Part shown: piece by piece, positions 27,882-38,135 of the stretch
Numbering within the stretch: position 1 is the first letter of the stretch
Layout: each line of letters begins with the position of its first letter
From: a virus
Strand: one strand, 5' to 3'
Virus record (IMG/VR): IMGVR_UViG_3300046804_002503
Coordinates: 61,678 to 125,677 of that record
Length of the DNA stretch: 64,000 nucleotides
Notes under the pieces: model-generated
Databases searched by the model: none
The model's input: the letters and a program-made list of their open reading frames with translations, nothing else
Told to the model about the DNA's origin: nothing
Translations under genes and position numbers: made by a program

Positions 27882-29687
27882 GTGAAAAAAGTTTTCTTTA
27901 AAAGAATTTCTGTAACCAATTTTCTTTCTGTAGGAGAAACTCCTTTAATTTTAGATTTCAGGTCTGGAATATCTTTAATTACCGGAGAAAACCGCGATGA
28001 GGGTGGGAGGAATGGAGTTGGTAAAAGCACAGTTGTAGAATCTTTATATTGGTGTTTATTTGGTAACACCATGCGTGAAATTAAAAGAGATCAAATTGTA
28101 CACGATCAATGTGATGGTAGTAGTAATGTGGTATTAGAATTTGATGTAATATCTTCAGATAAAACGGACAGTTATGTTTTATCACGATTTATTAATCCTA
28201 ATAAAGTGTCTCTTACATGTAATGAAGTAGATATTACGCGATCATCCATGCCCAAGACTGATGATCTTATTAAAGAAATTATAGGTGCTACGGAAGAGGT
28301 ATTTCAAAATGCAGTTATTATGTCTGCTAATAATACTCTGCCTTTCATGGCTCAAAAAAAGGTAGACAAACGTAAATTTGTAGAAGGTATTTTGCGTTTG
28401 GGCATTTTTGGTGAAATGCTTTTACAAATTAGATCAGATTATAATGAAAACAAAAAAGCATATGATTTGACTCTTTCTCAATTTTCTGAAAAACAAAAAA
28501 ATTTGTCTGTATTTCAGCAACAGTACGAAAAGACAGAACTTTCTAAAAAGACAAAAATACAACAATTACAAGATAAAATTAAAGGCAATTTTTCTCGCAT
28601 AGAAGAAATATCAAATTATTCTAATGTAGAAGATAATATTAAGAATTTAGATGAAGAAATTTTTAAAAAAGAAAAGGCTATAAAAAAATTAGAAGAACTC
28701 TTAAAAGATTGTGAATCTAAATCAATGTCTTTTTGGAAAGAAAAGCAAGAATTAGAAATACAAATTTCTCAGGTTCAAAAAGAAATTAAATCTTTAGAAA
28801 GTTCACAAGCCTTTTGTCCTCTTTGCAAAAGAGATTATGAAGATTATAACAAATCTCACATAGAATGTGTCACAGAAAAAACTAAGCAAACTGAAAAGGA
28901 TTTAAAAAAATTATTTAAAAAAATAGAAAAAGATTTGTCTGATCAAAGTAAAAGTTGTTCTAAAATTTCAGATACTAAGTCTAAAGTAGAAAAAGAAATT
29001 AAACAAGACATTCAGAAAAAACAATCTTTGGCTTTAATTTCTCAAGAAATTACTCAACTTAAAAATAGAAATTTAGAAATAGAAAAAGAAATACAAGATA
29101 TTTCTGCTATAGATAATGATTTTACACCTCTTATAGAACAAACTAATAAAGAAATAACTTTAATAGAAGAGGAAATAAATAAGCTCAATAAAAAAATTAA
29201 CATTTTAGAATCAGCCAAATATATAGTTTCAGAAGAGGGTGTTAAAACTTTTATTGTCAAGAAAATGTTAAACGTTCTTAACAGTAGGCTTAATTTTTAC
29301 CTTCAAGCAATGGATGCACCGTGTAAGTGTATGTTTAATGAAATGTTTGAAGAAACCATTTATAATAAAAACAATAAAGAATGTTCTTATTTTAATTTTA
29401 GTGGTGGTGAACGCAAACGTATAGATTTGGCTATCTTGTTTATGTTTCAAGATCTATTGAGGAATCAATCTGGAACTTCTTTTTCTTTGAGTATATATGA
29501 TGAACTATTTGATTCTGCTCTAGATGAAAAGGGTGTAGACAAAATATTAACAGTGCTAGCAGAAAGAGTTAAAAAATATGGTGAAAACATTTACATCATC
29601 TCTCACAACAAAGCAGCCATTAAGTCTAATATAGACCAAGTTATTTTACTCCAAAAGTTAAATGGAAAAACAACAATTTTACAGTAA
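27882..29687 (+). CDS. gp46: Recombination ATPase gp46 (Rad50/SbcC-like)
   Basis: NFLSVG, NGVGKST, coiled coil with CPLC hook, FSGGE, DELFD, ISH. Confidence 0.93.
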   Translation: MKKVFFKRISVTNFLSVGETPLILDFRSGISLITGENRDEGGRNGVGKSTVVESLYWCLFGNTMREIKRDQIVHDQCDGSSNVVLEFDVISSDKTDSYVLSRFINPNKVSLTCNEVDITRSSMPKTDDLIKEIIGATEEVFQNAVIMSANNTLPFMAQKKVDKRKFVEGILRLGIFGEMLLQIRSDYNENKKAYDLTLSQFSEKQKNLSVFQQQYEKTELSKKTKIQQLQDKIKGNFSRIEEISNYSNVEDNIKNLDEEIFKKEKAIKKLEELLKDCESKSMSFWKEKQELEIQISQVQKEIKSLESSQAFCPLCKRDYEDYNKSHIECVTEKTKQTEKDLKKLFKKIEKDLSDQSKSCSKISDTKSKVEKEIKQDIQKKQSLALISQEITQLKNRNLEIEKEIQDISAIDNDFTPLIEQTNKEITLIEEEINKLNKKINILESAKYIVSEEGVKTFIVKKMLNVLNSRLNFYLQAMDAPCKCMFNEMFEETIYNKNNKECSYFNFSGGERKRIDLAILFMFQDLLRNQSGTSFSLSIYDELFDSALDEKGVDKILTVLAERVKKYGENIYIISHNKAAIKSNIDQVILLQKLNGKTTILQ

Positions 29688-29696
29688 AATGTTTTT

Positions 29697-30449
29697 ATGT
29701 CAGAAGAAAATTATCTATTAATAAGTGATGATGGTCCGGGATTTCATACAGTAGAGGGAGAGGGAGAGTATATTGGCCATCCAAGTGTATTTATGCGCTT
29801 GTTTGGTTGTAATTTAACCTGTAAAGGTTGGGCTTCTCCAGACTCTCCATGGGGATGTGATTCTTATATTTCATGGTCTAAGAAAAACAAATATACATTT
29901 GACGAAATGTTTAAGTTTTATGAAGAAAATGAATTACATCTTAAACTTAAAAGAGGAGACATCTGGAAGATTACAGGCGGAGAACCCATGTTAAGACAAG
30001 CACCTCTTCTTAAATTTGTAGAAGAATTTGATAAAAGATATGGTTTTATTCCACGTATAGATTTTGAAACCAACGGAACTATTATGCCAGATGAAAAATG
30101 GGTTAAAAAGTATCAAGCTACATTTACTGTATCACCCAAGATGTCTAGCAATGGAGATCCTAAAGAAAGACGCTATATTCCTTATGTATTAAAATGGCAC
30201 GTAGCTCAAAACTCTTGTTTTAAATTTGTAGTTAGAGGAGAAGAAGAAGTTCAAGAATTGTTTGTAGAATATATCAACAATGAAGGTATTAGAATACCCA
30301 AACATCGCATATGGTTAATGGTGATGGCGGGTTCAAGAGCAGAACATGTAGCAAATGCAGAAGCAGTGGCAGAGTTGTGTAAGTTATATGGATTTAAAAT
30401 GTCTCCTCGTTTGCATTTAATGGTTTGGGATAAAGCATTAAAGGTATAA
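29697..30449 (+). CDS. queE: 7-carboxy-7-deazaguanine synthase (radical SAM)
   Basis: TVEGEG..G.PSVF.RL.GCNLTC...CDS, TGGEP, ETNGT, SPK, KFVV, PRLH..W. Confidence 0.92.
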   Translation: MSEENYLLISDDGPGFHTVEGEGEYIGHPSVFMRLFGCNLTCKGWASPDSPWGCDSYISWSKKNKYTFDEMFKFYEENELHLKLKRGDIWKITGGEPMLRQAPLLKFVEEFDKRYGFIPRIDFETNGTIMPDEKWVKKYQATFTVSPKMSSNGDPKERRYIPYVLKWHVAQNSCFKFVVRGEEEVQELFVEYINNEGIRIPKHRIWLMVMAGSRAEHVANAEAVAELCKLYGFKMSPRLHLMVWDKALKV

Positions 30450-30484
30450 TTGCTTTTAAATTTATTTTTGTATTTATTAATCAA

Positions 30485-31807
30485 ATGGCTCTAAAACTTA
30501 AATCAAAATCTGAATCTAATTCTACAATAGATTTAAACAACAAGGTAGTTTATGAATATAAACCAGTTCAAGCAACTATACCTCATCCTCCAGTTGGAGC
30601 CCCCACATTAGGCAGACCAACCTATTCTTATATTGCTTCAACAGTGGTTAAAGCACCAGCACCTCCACCAGTTGAAATGCAAGAAACATCTTTACCGCGA
30701 GCTTTAAATTATTACGCTGATTATGGTGGTTGTGGATTTTGGCGTATGGTCTGGCCAGAGACTGCTGTAAATTCCTATCAAAAAGGTTGTATTTCTGGAT
30801 TAACTAGTATGGTTTTAGATTTAAGGTTTTATCAAAACCTTAAAAGCATACGCATGCAACGCCAAGCTACCCCGGTACAAGCAATGTTTATCAAAGAATT
30901 ACATAAACACAAAGATTCTTTGGGGTATCAATTAATTTATGAAATAGATGACATTGTATTCCGTAATGATATTCCAGACTACAATAGATGTAAGGAGTCT
31001 TTTGCATCAGAAGAAACTGAAAAAACTATTTTAGAAATTATGTCTTTAATGGATGAGATTACAGTTACTTGTCCGTACATGAAACAATACTACCAAGAAA
31101 AGACTGGTAACAAAAGAGTCACTATTATTCCAAATTATCCGCCAAAATATTGGTTAGGACGTTTTTATAACCGTCAACGTCTAATAGACAACTTTGAAAA
31201 GTATAAAAAGAAGCCGCGCATTTTATATGCTGGATCAGGAACACATATTGATGTTGCAAATAAAACAAATTTAAAAGATGATTTTGCTCATGTTGTAAAA
31301 GAAATTATTGCAGCTAGAAAAAAATTTAAATTTATTTGGAAAGGTACCTATCCGTTAGAAATTAAACCATTTATTGATAACGGAGAAATGGAATATATAG
31401 ACTGGTCTCCACTATACGACCTTCCGCAATCTGTATACGACTCAAATTGCAATGCGGTATATGCTCCTTTGCAAGACAATGTATTTAACAAATCTAAAAG
31501 CAATATTAAAATGGTAGAGGCTGGAGCTTTTGGCTATCCAGGAACCTTCCAAGATCTCTGCACATATGAGGGAGCTGATTTAAAATTTGGTAACGGATCA
31601 GAACTCATTGCTCAACTAGAACATATTACTTCAGATATAGATACCTATATGAAGTATTCAGACAATATTCATAAATTCACAAACGGCTTGTGGTTAGAAG
31701 ATCATTTAAATGAGTACGAAGCAGTGTATTTTACTAAATGGGGATCTAAAGAACGAAATTTAAAAAGTCCGGGCTTGATTTCCCTTAATTTAGACCAGAA
31801 AATATAG
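30485..31807 (+). CDS. GT-B (GT4-like) glycosyltransferase
   Basis: GCGFWRM.WP, QRQ, YEIDD, IPNY, GSGTH, APL.DN.FN.SKS.IK..E. Confidence 0.75.
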   Translation: MALKLKSKSESNSTIDLNNKVVYEYKPVQATIPHPPVGAPTLGRPTYSYIASTVVKAPAPPPVEMQETSLPRALNYYADYGGCGFWRMVWPETAVNSYQKGCISGLTSMVLDLRFYQNLKSIRMQRQATPVQAMFIKELHKHKDSLGYQLIYEIDDIVFRNDIPDYNRCKESFASEETEKTILEIMSLMDEITVTCPYMKQYYQEKTGNKRVTIIPNYPPKYWLGRFYNRQRLIDNFEKYKKKPRILYAGSGTHIDVANKTNLKDDFAHVVKEIIAARKKFKFIWKGTYPLEIKPFIDNGEMEYIDWSPLYDLPQSVYDSNCNAVYAPLQDNVFNKSKSNIKMVEAGAFGYPGTFQDLCTYEGADLKFGNGSELIAQLEHITSDIDTYMKYSDNIHKFTNGLWLEDHLNEYEAVYFTKWGSKERNLKSPGLISLNLDQKI

Positions 31808-31809
31808 GC
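31775..31809 (+). promoter_or_regulatory. Putative promoter, leaderless geometry (DNA polymerase)
   Basis: TTGATT-17-GAAAAT-6 nt-ATG; the -10 box deviates at position 1. Confidence 0.45.
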
Positions 31810-34383
31810 ATGTATCGAAATGTCTTTTATGATTCTGCTAAACAATGTATACATTTATGGACTTGGGATGAAGCTGGCAGAAGAATTAAGCTAGAGTCTA
31901 GCTATGAGCCTTATCTTTTTGTAGAATCTGTTCACGGCACAGATGCTTTGAGTATTTTTAATACTCCTCTCAAAAAAATTAAATTTAAAAATCAATTTGA
32001 GAGAAATAAATTTGTAAATGAAACTCCAATAAAAAGATTGTTTCACAATTTAAGTTGTGAGCAAGAATTTTTATTGTCTTCATTTAAAGATGATATTCAA
32101 AAACCAGAGGCAGTAGCTAATCCTTTAAAAATATTCTTTTGGGATATTGAAACATATAGCCCAGGAGAGTTTCCAGACCCGGCTCAGGCTAAAGATACTA
32201 TTAACCTGATTACAGTTTATGATTCTTTGTCAGAAAAATACTACACATGGGGTCTAAAACCTTACAACAATAAAAATAAAGACGTAGTTTACTTTCATTG
32301 TAAAAGAGAAACAGAATTGCTAGGATCTTTTTTAAGTTTTTGGGAGTCAGACCCACCAGATATGATTGTTGGTTGGAATACAGAAGGGTTTGATATTCCT
32401 TATTTGATGAATAGGCTTAATAAATTGTTGGGAGAAGAAGAAAGATCAAGGCTTTCTCCAGTGAGAGCAATCTATTACAGAGAAAACGTCGCAATGAACA
32501 AGTTTGGTAAGATGATCAATCGCTGGTATATTCGTGGTGTTTCAAATATCGACTACATGGAAGTGTATGCTACATTTGCACGCGGTGATAGAGAGTCTTA
32601 TTCTCTAAATTTTATTGCAGAGTATGAATTGGGTGAAGGCAAAACAGATCTTCAAGGATGGAATTTATCTACAGTAGCTGATGAAGACTGGGACTTGTTT
32701 GTAGATTATAACATTCAAGATGTTAGACTCTTGGTAAAATTAGAAAATACACTCAAATATCTTAAACTTATTAGAGCTTTGTCTTACAAAGGCTTTATTC
32801 CATTTGAGCAATCTTTAGGTAAAGTGTCTATGATCACTGGTGCAGTAGCACATCAGGCCATATTACAAGGTTACAGGATACCTACGTTTAAAAATGATGG
32901 TCTAAGAGACGAGTATGTTGGTGGTTATGTTCATGAACCAGAAAAGAAATTGTGTAATTCAGTAGTAAGCTACGATGCAAACAGTCTATACCCAAACACA
33001 ATCATTACTTTAAACATATCACCAGAGACTAAGATAGGCAAAATCCTAGAAAATACAGAAGAAGAATACACAATCCGCTTGTCCAACAACAAAACAGTCA
33101 CACTTACCGCAGATAAATTTTCCAAGCTAGTAGAAAAAGAAAAATTATCAGTGTCAAAGTATAATGTTTTGTATACTCAAAAGTTTAAAGGCGTAGTACC
33201 CAACCTTATTGATAGAGTTTACAATGAGCGAGTTCAGATTAAATCAAAAATATCTGAGTTGATAGACATTTCTTCAAAGGTAACAGATGAAAATGAGAAA
33301 AAAATTATAGAAGCAGAGATATTAAATCTAGACACTCAGCAAAATGTTATTAAATTGGTACTCAACTCTATATATGGAGTATTTGCTCAGAAATATTCTC
33401 CACTATTTGACATTGATCATTCGGCTAGCATTACACTAACGGGTCAGGCAGTAGCAAAACAAGCGTCAGAATTGGTTTATCAGTATGCCTTGGGTAAAGG
33501 AGTTCAATGTGAAAAGGCTGATATATACAAATATGGTGATACAGACAGTGCATACTTCTCTATAGAACCAATTTTGAGGCATCAAAACATGCAGCTATTG
33601 GAAAATAATGAGATTACCTCGGGGGCACATCAGATCATTAAAGAAATTGACGTATATTTAAATAGAGAAATTGTAGAATGGGCTAAGAAAGAATTGAAAT
33701 CAATAGATGCTCGCTTTGTTTTCAAGCGAGAAACTATATGTGATGTGGCTTCTTTACAAGGTAAGAAGAGATACATCCTACATGTCATAGATCAAGAAGG
33801 CAAAAAACCCAAAAAACCTTTTAAATATGTCGGTGTAGAGGTTGCCAGATCATCTATTTCAGTACCAGTCAAGTCTTTAATCAAGAAAGTTATTGAATTG
33901 GCTATGTTGTCTCAAGATAAAAAGAAGGCAGACTCTCATTTTAGACAGGCTTATGAAGAATTTTGTAATATGCCTATTGAAGAAATCTCTTTGAGAAGCA
34001 AAATTTCAGATTACGAGAAGCAAGAATCAAAGGTAGATGAGTATGGAAGAATAGGTAAGGGAGCAACTCTGCACGGGAAGAGTGCTATTCATTATAATAA
34101 TCTGCTTAAAAAGTATAAACTTGACAACAAATACGAAACCATCACAAGTGGAATCAAGATCAAGTACTTTTATGCATCTAAAAACCCATTTGCATATAAG
34201 AGCATGGCATTTATAGACACCTATCCACCAGAATTAAAAGAAATTGTTGCAGCAGATTACCAAACCATGTTTGATAAGACAGTTCAACCCCCTCTGGAGA
34301 GGTTTTACGACTGCATCGGATGGCGCACACCACAGGTTGGTAAAGAAGTTCAGACAGATTTGTTTGATTTATTTGGGGTCTGA
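31810..34383 (+). CDS. gp43: Family B DNA polymerase (gp43)
   Basis: Exonuclease DIET, GWN..FDIPY, YNIQD; polymerase DANSLYP, K..LNSIYG, YGDTDS, KKRY. Confidence 0.96.
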   Translation: MYRNVFYDSAKQCIHLWTWDEAGRRIKLESSYEPYLFVESVHGTDALSIFNTPLKKIKFKNQFERNKFVNETPIKRLFHNLSCEQEFLLSSFKDDIQKPEAVANPLKIFFWDIETYSPGEFPDPAQAKDTINLITVYDSLSEKYYTWGLKPYNNKNKDVVYFHCKRETELLGSFLSFWESDPPDMIVGWNTEGFDIPYLMNRLNKLLGEEERSRLSPVRAIYYRENVAMNKFGKMINRWYIRGVSNIDYMEVYATFARGDRESYSLNFIAEYELGEGKTDLQGWNLSTVADEDWDLFVDYNIQDVRLLVKLENTLKYLKLIRALSYKGFIPFEQSLGKVSMITGAVAHQAILQGYRIPTFKNDGLRDEYVGGYVHEPEKKLCNSVVSYDANSLYPNTIITLNISPETKIGKILENTEEEYTIRLSNNKTVTLTADKFSKLVEKEKLSVSKYNVLYTQKFKGVVPNLIDRVYNERVQIKSKISELIDISSKVTDENEKKIIEAEILNLDTQQNVIKLVLNSIYGVFAQKYSPLFDIDHSASITLTGQAVAKQASELVYQYALGKGVQCEKADIYKYGDTDSAYFSIEPILRHQNMQLLENNEITSGAHQIIKEIDVYLNREIVEWAKKELKSIDARFVFKRETICDVASLQGKKRYILHVIDQEGKKPKKPFKYVGVEVARSSISVPVKSLIKKVIELAMLSQDKKKADSHFRQAYEEFCNMPIEEISLRSKISDYEKQESKVDEYGRIGKGATLHGKSAIHYNNLLKKYKLDNKYETITSGIKIKYFYASKNPFAYKSMAFIDTYPPELKEIVAADYQTMFDKTVQPPLERFYDCIGWRTPQVGKEVQTDLFDLFGV

Positions 34384-34402
34384 GTATAATATTTCTTAAA
34401 TT

Positions 34403-35314
34403 ATGTTAATAGCACACGAAGCACCACTATGTATCATGGACAAAGTCCAAGAAATTACTGATTATGACTATTGTTTAGTTCATCTCTTGGAAGAAAGTCC
34501 AGAATATCTTAAATTTTTTAAAGATGCTAAGCAAAAAGGCAGAAAGATAATGATGGACTGCAGCCTTTTTGAGTTGGGTAAAGCATTTGATGCACAAAAA
34601 TACTATGATTGGCTGTTAGAAATCCAACCAGATGAGTATATTGTACCAGATGTATGGCAAGATTGCGAAGCAAATACTAAAGCTTTCTCAAATTTTAAGT
34701 ATTCTTTTGATTTAGACAAGCTAAAAGGCAAGAAAATTGGAGTAGTTCAAGGCAAAACCTTGGAAGAAATGGAAGAATGCTATGTTTTTATGTCATCCTT
34801 TGCTGATAAAATTGCAATTAGCTTTGGTTATGACCTTTATTGGGAGTTATTTTCAGACACTTACAAGAAATTGCTGCATTTACCTTGGATTTTAGAAGAA
34901 TTTTGTAAAGTAGCAGATGTACATTCACTAGCTTTCAGGGCAGTAGAAACAGTAACTTTGAATTTTATCAAAAAATATGCTAAACCAGCAGCTCAAGCTG
35001 AGGGGCGAATGGCTCTTATTAACCATTTAATGAAGAATAATTTGATCAATACTGAGAAACCACATCATCTTTTGGGGTGTGGAATACCTATTGAATTTGG
35101 TGATTACGACAAACTTAAATACTTTTTTATAGAAAGTATAGACACTTCCCACCCAGTTATGACAGGGTATTATGGAGCTTCCTACGGTGACTACAAATAC
35201 ATGTGGAGCAAACTACACAGTAAAATGGTAGATGTTTTTTATGAAAATGTGTCGGAAGATCAGTGGGAAAAGATCAAATTTAACATAGAAGAGTTCAAAA
35301 AATTAGCTGTATAA
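34403..35314 (+). CDS. TGT/DpdA-like TIM-barrel protein (putative deazaguanine transglycosylase)
   Basis: MMDCS.FELG, IVPD, GVVQG, HHLLG, SIDTS.P match the order of TGT motifs (DSGG, D, GIVQG, HLLG, catalytic D); the preQ0 pathway is in the same window. Confidence 0.7.
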   Translation: MLIAHEAPLCIMDKVQEITDYDYCLVHLLEESPEYLKFFKDAKQKGRKIMMDCSLFELGKAFDAQKYYDWLLEIQPDEYIVPDVWQDCEANTKAFSNFKYSFDLDKLKGKKIGVVQGKTLEEMEECYVFMSSFADKIAISFGYDLYWELFSDTYKKLLHLPWILEEFCKVADVHSLAFRAVETVTLNFIKKYAKPAAQAEGRMALINHLMKNNLINTEKPHHLLGCGIPIEFGDYDKLKYFFIESIDTSHPVMTGYYGASYGDYKYMWSKLHSKMVDVFYENVSEDQWEKIKFNIEEFKKLAV

Positions 35315-36046
35315 ATGAAAACACAAATCATAGCCCTCACCCAACCTTTAATTAGAACCCGAGACAACACTCGTTTCTTGGATCCAGAAGAGTTTATTGT
35401 ATATTGTGCTCGAGTCTCTAATCCTACCAATCAACTCAACACTGCCACTTCTTCTAAGTTGTTGAAGTATTGTATTGAGCACGAGCACTGGTCTATCTTT
35501 GAACAAGTGTCTATGACAGCCGAAATAGTCACCAGTAGGGACATATCTGCCCAAATTATCAGGCATCGAAGCTTTTCTTTTCAAGAATTTAGCCAACGAT
35601 ACAGTGAAGTAGTCTCTTTAGAACCGTTTAACATTCGAAAACAAGCTGATAAAAATCGTCAATCTAGTGTAGAATTGTTAGATTTGTCTGAAGAAGAAGT
35701 CAAATTGATTACAAATCACATTACAAGCAGCATGGAACTTTATAAAACCCTTATAGAAAGGGGAGCAGCTCGAGAAAGTGCTCGTAAAGTTTTACCTCTG
35801 TGCGCTGAAACAACAATCTACATGACTGGTTCAGTGAGATCATGGATTCATTATCTGAGTATTAGATGCAAAGAAGACACTCAACTAGAACATCGTCTAA
35901 TAGCAGATAATATTAAACAAAGTTTTATAGAAATTTTTCCTTCAATTAGCGAAGCTTTGGGTTGGCAATCTACTCCGTTGCCGGATCAAGAAGAGCCTTC
36001 CAAAGAACCTCAAACTTTAGAATCAACTGAAAAGAATATTGATTAA
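35315..36046 (+). CDS. thyX: Flavin-dependent thymidylate synthase
   Basis: ARVS, HWSIFE, RHRSFSFQEFSQRY, E.AR.VLP, RSWIHY..R, TQ.EHR. Confidence 0.95.
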   Translation: MKTQIIALTQPLIRTRDNTRFLDPEEFIVYCARVSNPTNQLNTATSSKLLKYCIEHEHWSIFEQVSMTAEIVTSRDISAQIIRHRSFSFQEFSQRYSEVVSLEPFNIRKQADKNRQSSVELLDLSEEEVKLITNHITSSMELYKTLIERGAARESARKVLPLCAETTIYMTGSVRSWIHYLSIRCKEDTQLEHRLIADNIKQSFIEIFPSISEALGWQSTPLPDQEEPSKEPQTLESTEKNID

Positions 36047-36072
36047 TCTTAAATTTAACCTAATATATACAT
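36039..36072 (+). promoter_or_regulatory. Sigma70-type promoter, leaderless geometry
   Basis: TTGATT-16-TAATAT-6 nt-ATG. Confidence 0.7.
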
Positions 36073-36483
36073 ATGAGTAACACAACAACAAATCCTAAAC
36101 CCAACTTAGTAGTTTTTCTAGACGCCATTGGTCGTACTATTCTAGGTGAACCATTGGCAGATCAAGAATCTTCTTCTGTCTATAAAGTTAAAAATCCAGT
36201 AGTTCTTAACGTAGCTGCAGCTGAAGGAGGCAGAATGTCTGTTCAGTTGTTTCCTTTGTTTTTTCGAGAATTTTTAGGCGACAAAGCAGAAGATGTTGTT
36301 TTTGAATACAGCAGATCTTTGATCACTCTAACCTCTATTGAAGCTATTGATTTTCGTCTAGCGGGGCAGTATGCTCAGCTTTTTAACAAAAATAATGTTT
36401 TTGTTCCAGCTGGTACTGTTCAAGGTGATCAAGCAACTCCTAGCCAAGACGGTAGTAAAGTTGTAAACCTTTTTGAAGAATAA
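36073..36483 (+). CDS. Hypothetical protein (possible Sm-like fold)
   Basis: G.TILGE...VKNP pattern; has its own promoter. Confidence 0.55.
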   Translation: MSNTTTNPKPNLVVFLDAIGRTILGEPLADQESSSVYKVKNPVVLNVAAAEGGRMSVQLFPLFFREFLGDKAEDVVFEYSRSLITLTSIEAIDFRLAGQYAQLFNKNNVFVPAGTVQGDQATPSQDGSKVVNLFEE

Positions 36484-36488
36484 AATTA

Positions 36489-37622
36489 ATGGCTTCTAAA
36501 AAAAATCATCCAGCAGATGTTTTAGCTGCTTTTAAAGTTTTAGAAGATCTAAATCCAGATGCCACCTTTTTAAATGAAAGTGCTCTGTCTAACATTAGTT
36601 CTTTTATAGACACTGGTTGTATGGCTCTTAACGCCATCATTAGTGGTTCTTTGCACAAAGGCATTCCAAGTGGTAGGATTACTGGATTCAGTGGTCCTAC
36701 TTCCTGTGGTAAGACTTATATCATTAACAGAATTTTAGCTAATGCTCAAAAAGAAGGGCGTTATGTTGTTATCTTTGATACAGAAAATGCAGTTGATGAT
36801 CGAGGCGCTACCAACATGGGTATGGATACTACTAAAGTAAAGTATTGTCCAGTAGAAACTGTAGAACAATGTCGTAATCAAATCAGCCAATTCTTAGATT
36901 CTGTTATAGAAAAAAAGCTTAAAAGTCAATTTATTATTTCTATTGATTCTTTAGGTAATTTAGTTTCTACAAAAGAAATGAATGATGTGGCTCAAGGCAA
37001 AGAAGCTGCTGATATGGGATCTAGAGCCAAAGGGCTCAAGAGTATGCTTCGAGTTTTGACTCATAAAGCTGCAAAAGCTGATGTTCCTATTCTGTTCTCC
37101 AATCACGTATATGATAACCCGGCTGCTATGTTTCCAAGTTTGGTTAAACAACAATCTGGAGGTTCTGGCCCCCTTTATATGTCTTCTGTTTTAGTACAGA
37201 TGGCAGTAAAGAATGAAAAGACCTCAGGCGGTAACACTGGTAGTAGAGATGCAGTAGAAGATACAACTCCTTTGTCTAAAGACATTAATGGAGTTACTCT
37301 TCGAGCTTTAACTACAAAAAATCGAGTAGTACCTCCATACATGGAAACTGAAATGTATCTCAACTTTAAATCGGGTTTAGCAAAATATTCTGGCTTACTT
37401 GATATGGCTGTTGGTTATGGAGTAGTAATTCAAAGTGGAGCTACGTTTGCTCTTGCTGACGGTACTAAATTGGGCTATTATAAAAGCTGGAGACAAGACG
37501 AAGAAGTTTGGAATAAAATTCTACCACAATTAGAAATTAAACTTCAAACAGAGCTGCAATACAAAAAAGAAAATTCTCCAGCAGCTAAAGAACCTGAAGA
37601 AGATGACGACGATGAAGAGTAA
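36489..37622 (+). CDS. uvsX: RecA-like recombinase UvsX
   Basis: DTG..ALN..ISG, GPTSCGKT, FDTE, IDSLG, DMG.RAK, NHVY, SGG, KNR. Confidence 0.93.
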   Translation: MASKKNHPADVLAAFKVLEDLNPDATFLNESALSNISSFIDTGCMALNAIISGSLHKGIPSGRITGFSGPTSCGKTYIINRILANAQKEGRYVVIFDTENAVDDRGATNMGMDTTKVKYCPVETVEQCRNQISQFLDSVIEKKLKSQFIISIDSLGNLVSTKEMNDVAQGKEAADMGSRAKGLKSMLRVLTHKAAKADVPILFSNHVYDNPAAMFPSLVKQQSGGSGPLYMSSVLVQMAVKNEKTSGGNTGSRDAVEDTTPLSKDINGVTLRALTTKNRVVPPYMETEMYLNFKSGLAKYSGLLDMAVGYGVVIQSGATFALADGTKLGYYKSWRQDEEVWNKILPQLEIKLQTELQYKKENSPAAKEPEEDDDDEE

Positions 37623-38079
37623 TATTACAACATTTCAATCTACCAAGATGATAGAGTTAGGTAGCTGTGCATTTCGACAATGGACAGCTTCTTTTTCTCA
37701 TTGTCGATTTATTCATGGTTACCAGCTTAAAGCCAAATTTTGGTTTGAAGCTAAGGAATTAGATGAACGTAATTGGGTAGTAGACTTTGGCAGTTTAAAA
37801 GAGTTAGAAAAGATTTTAAAGAATCAATTTGATCATACTCTTTGTATTGCTAAAGACGATCCCTTGTTGCCTTCTTTTAAACAATTACATGATGAAGGTG
37901 GTTGTGATTTGAGAATTATGGACGGAGTTGGTATTGAAAAAACCGCAGAGTGGTGCTTCAAGAGAGCTCAAGAACATATTCAAGAAATCACGTATGGTCG
38001 TTGTTGGGTCACTCAGGTAGAGGTTTGGGAACATGAAAGAAACTCAGCAGTATATAGAGAAGAAAGATCTATCTACTAA
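37603..38079 (+). CDS. queD: 6-carboxy-5,6,7,8-tetrahydropterin synthase
   Basis: HCRFIHGY, WVVDFG, FDHT, E..AE, VWEHERNSA. Confidence 0.9.
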   Translation: MTTMKSNITTFQSTKMIELGSCAFRQWTASFSHCRFIHGYQLKAKFWFEAKELDERNWVVDFGSLKELEKILKNQFDHTLCIAKDDPLLPSFKQLHDEGGCDLRIMDGVGIEKTAEWCFKRAQEHIQEITYGRCWVTQVEVWEHERNSAVYREERSIY

Positions 38080-38101
38080 AACCTCTAACCCATAAAAAAA
38101 G

Positions 38102-38135
38102 TAAAAGGCTATTGATTAAGTTCAATAGCCTTTTA
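38102..38135. terminator. 14-bp perfect inverted repeat (terminator-like) overlapping the helicase promoter
   Basis: TAAAAGGCTATTGA-ttaagt-TCAATAGCCTTTTA. Confidence 0.65.
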
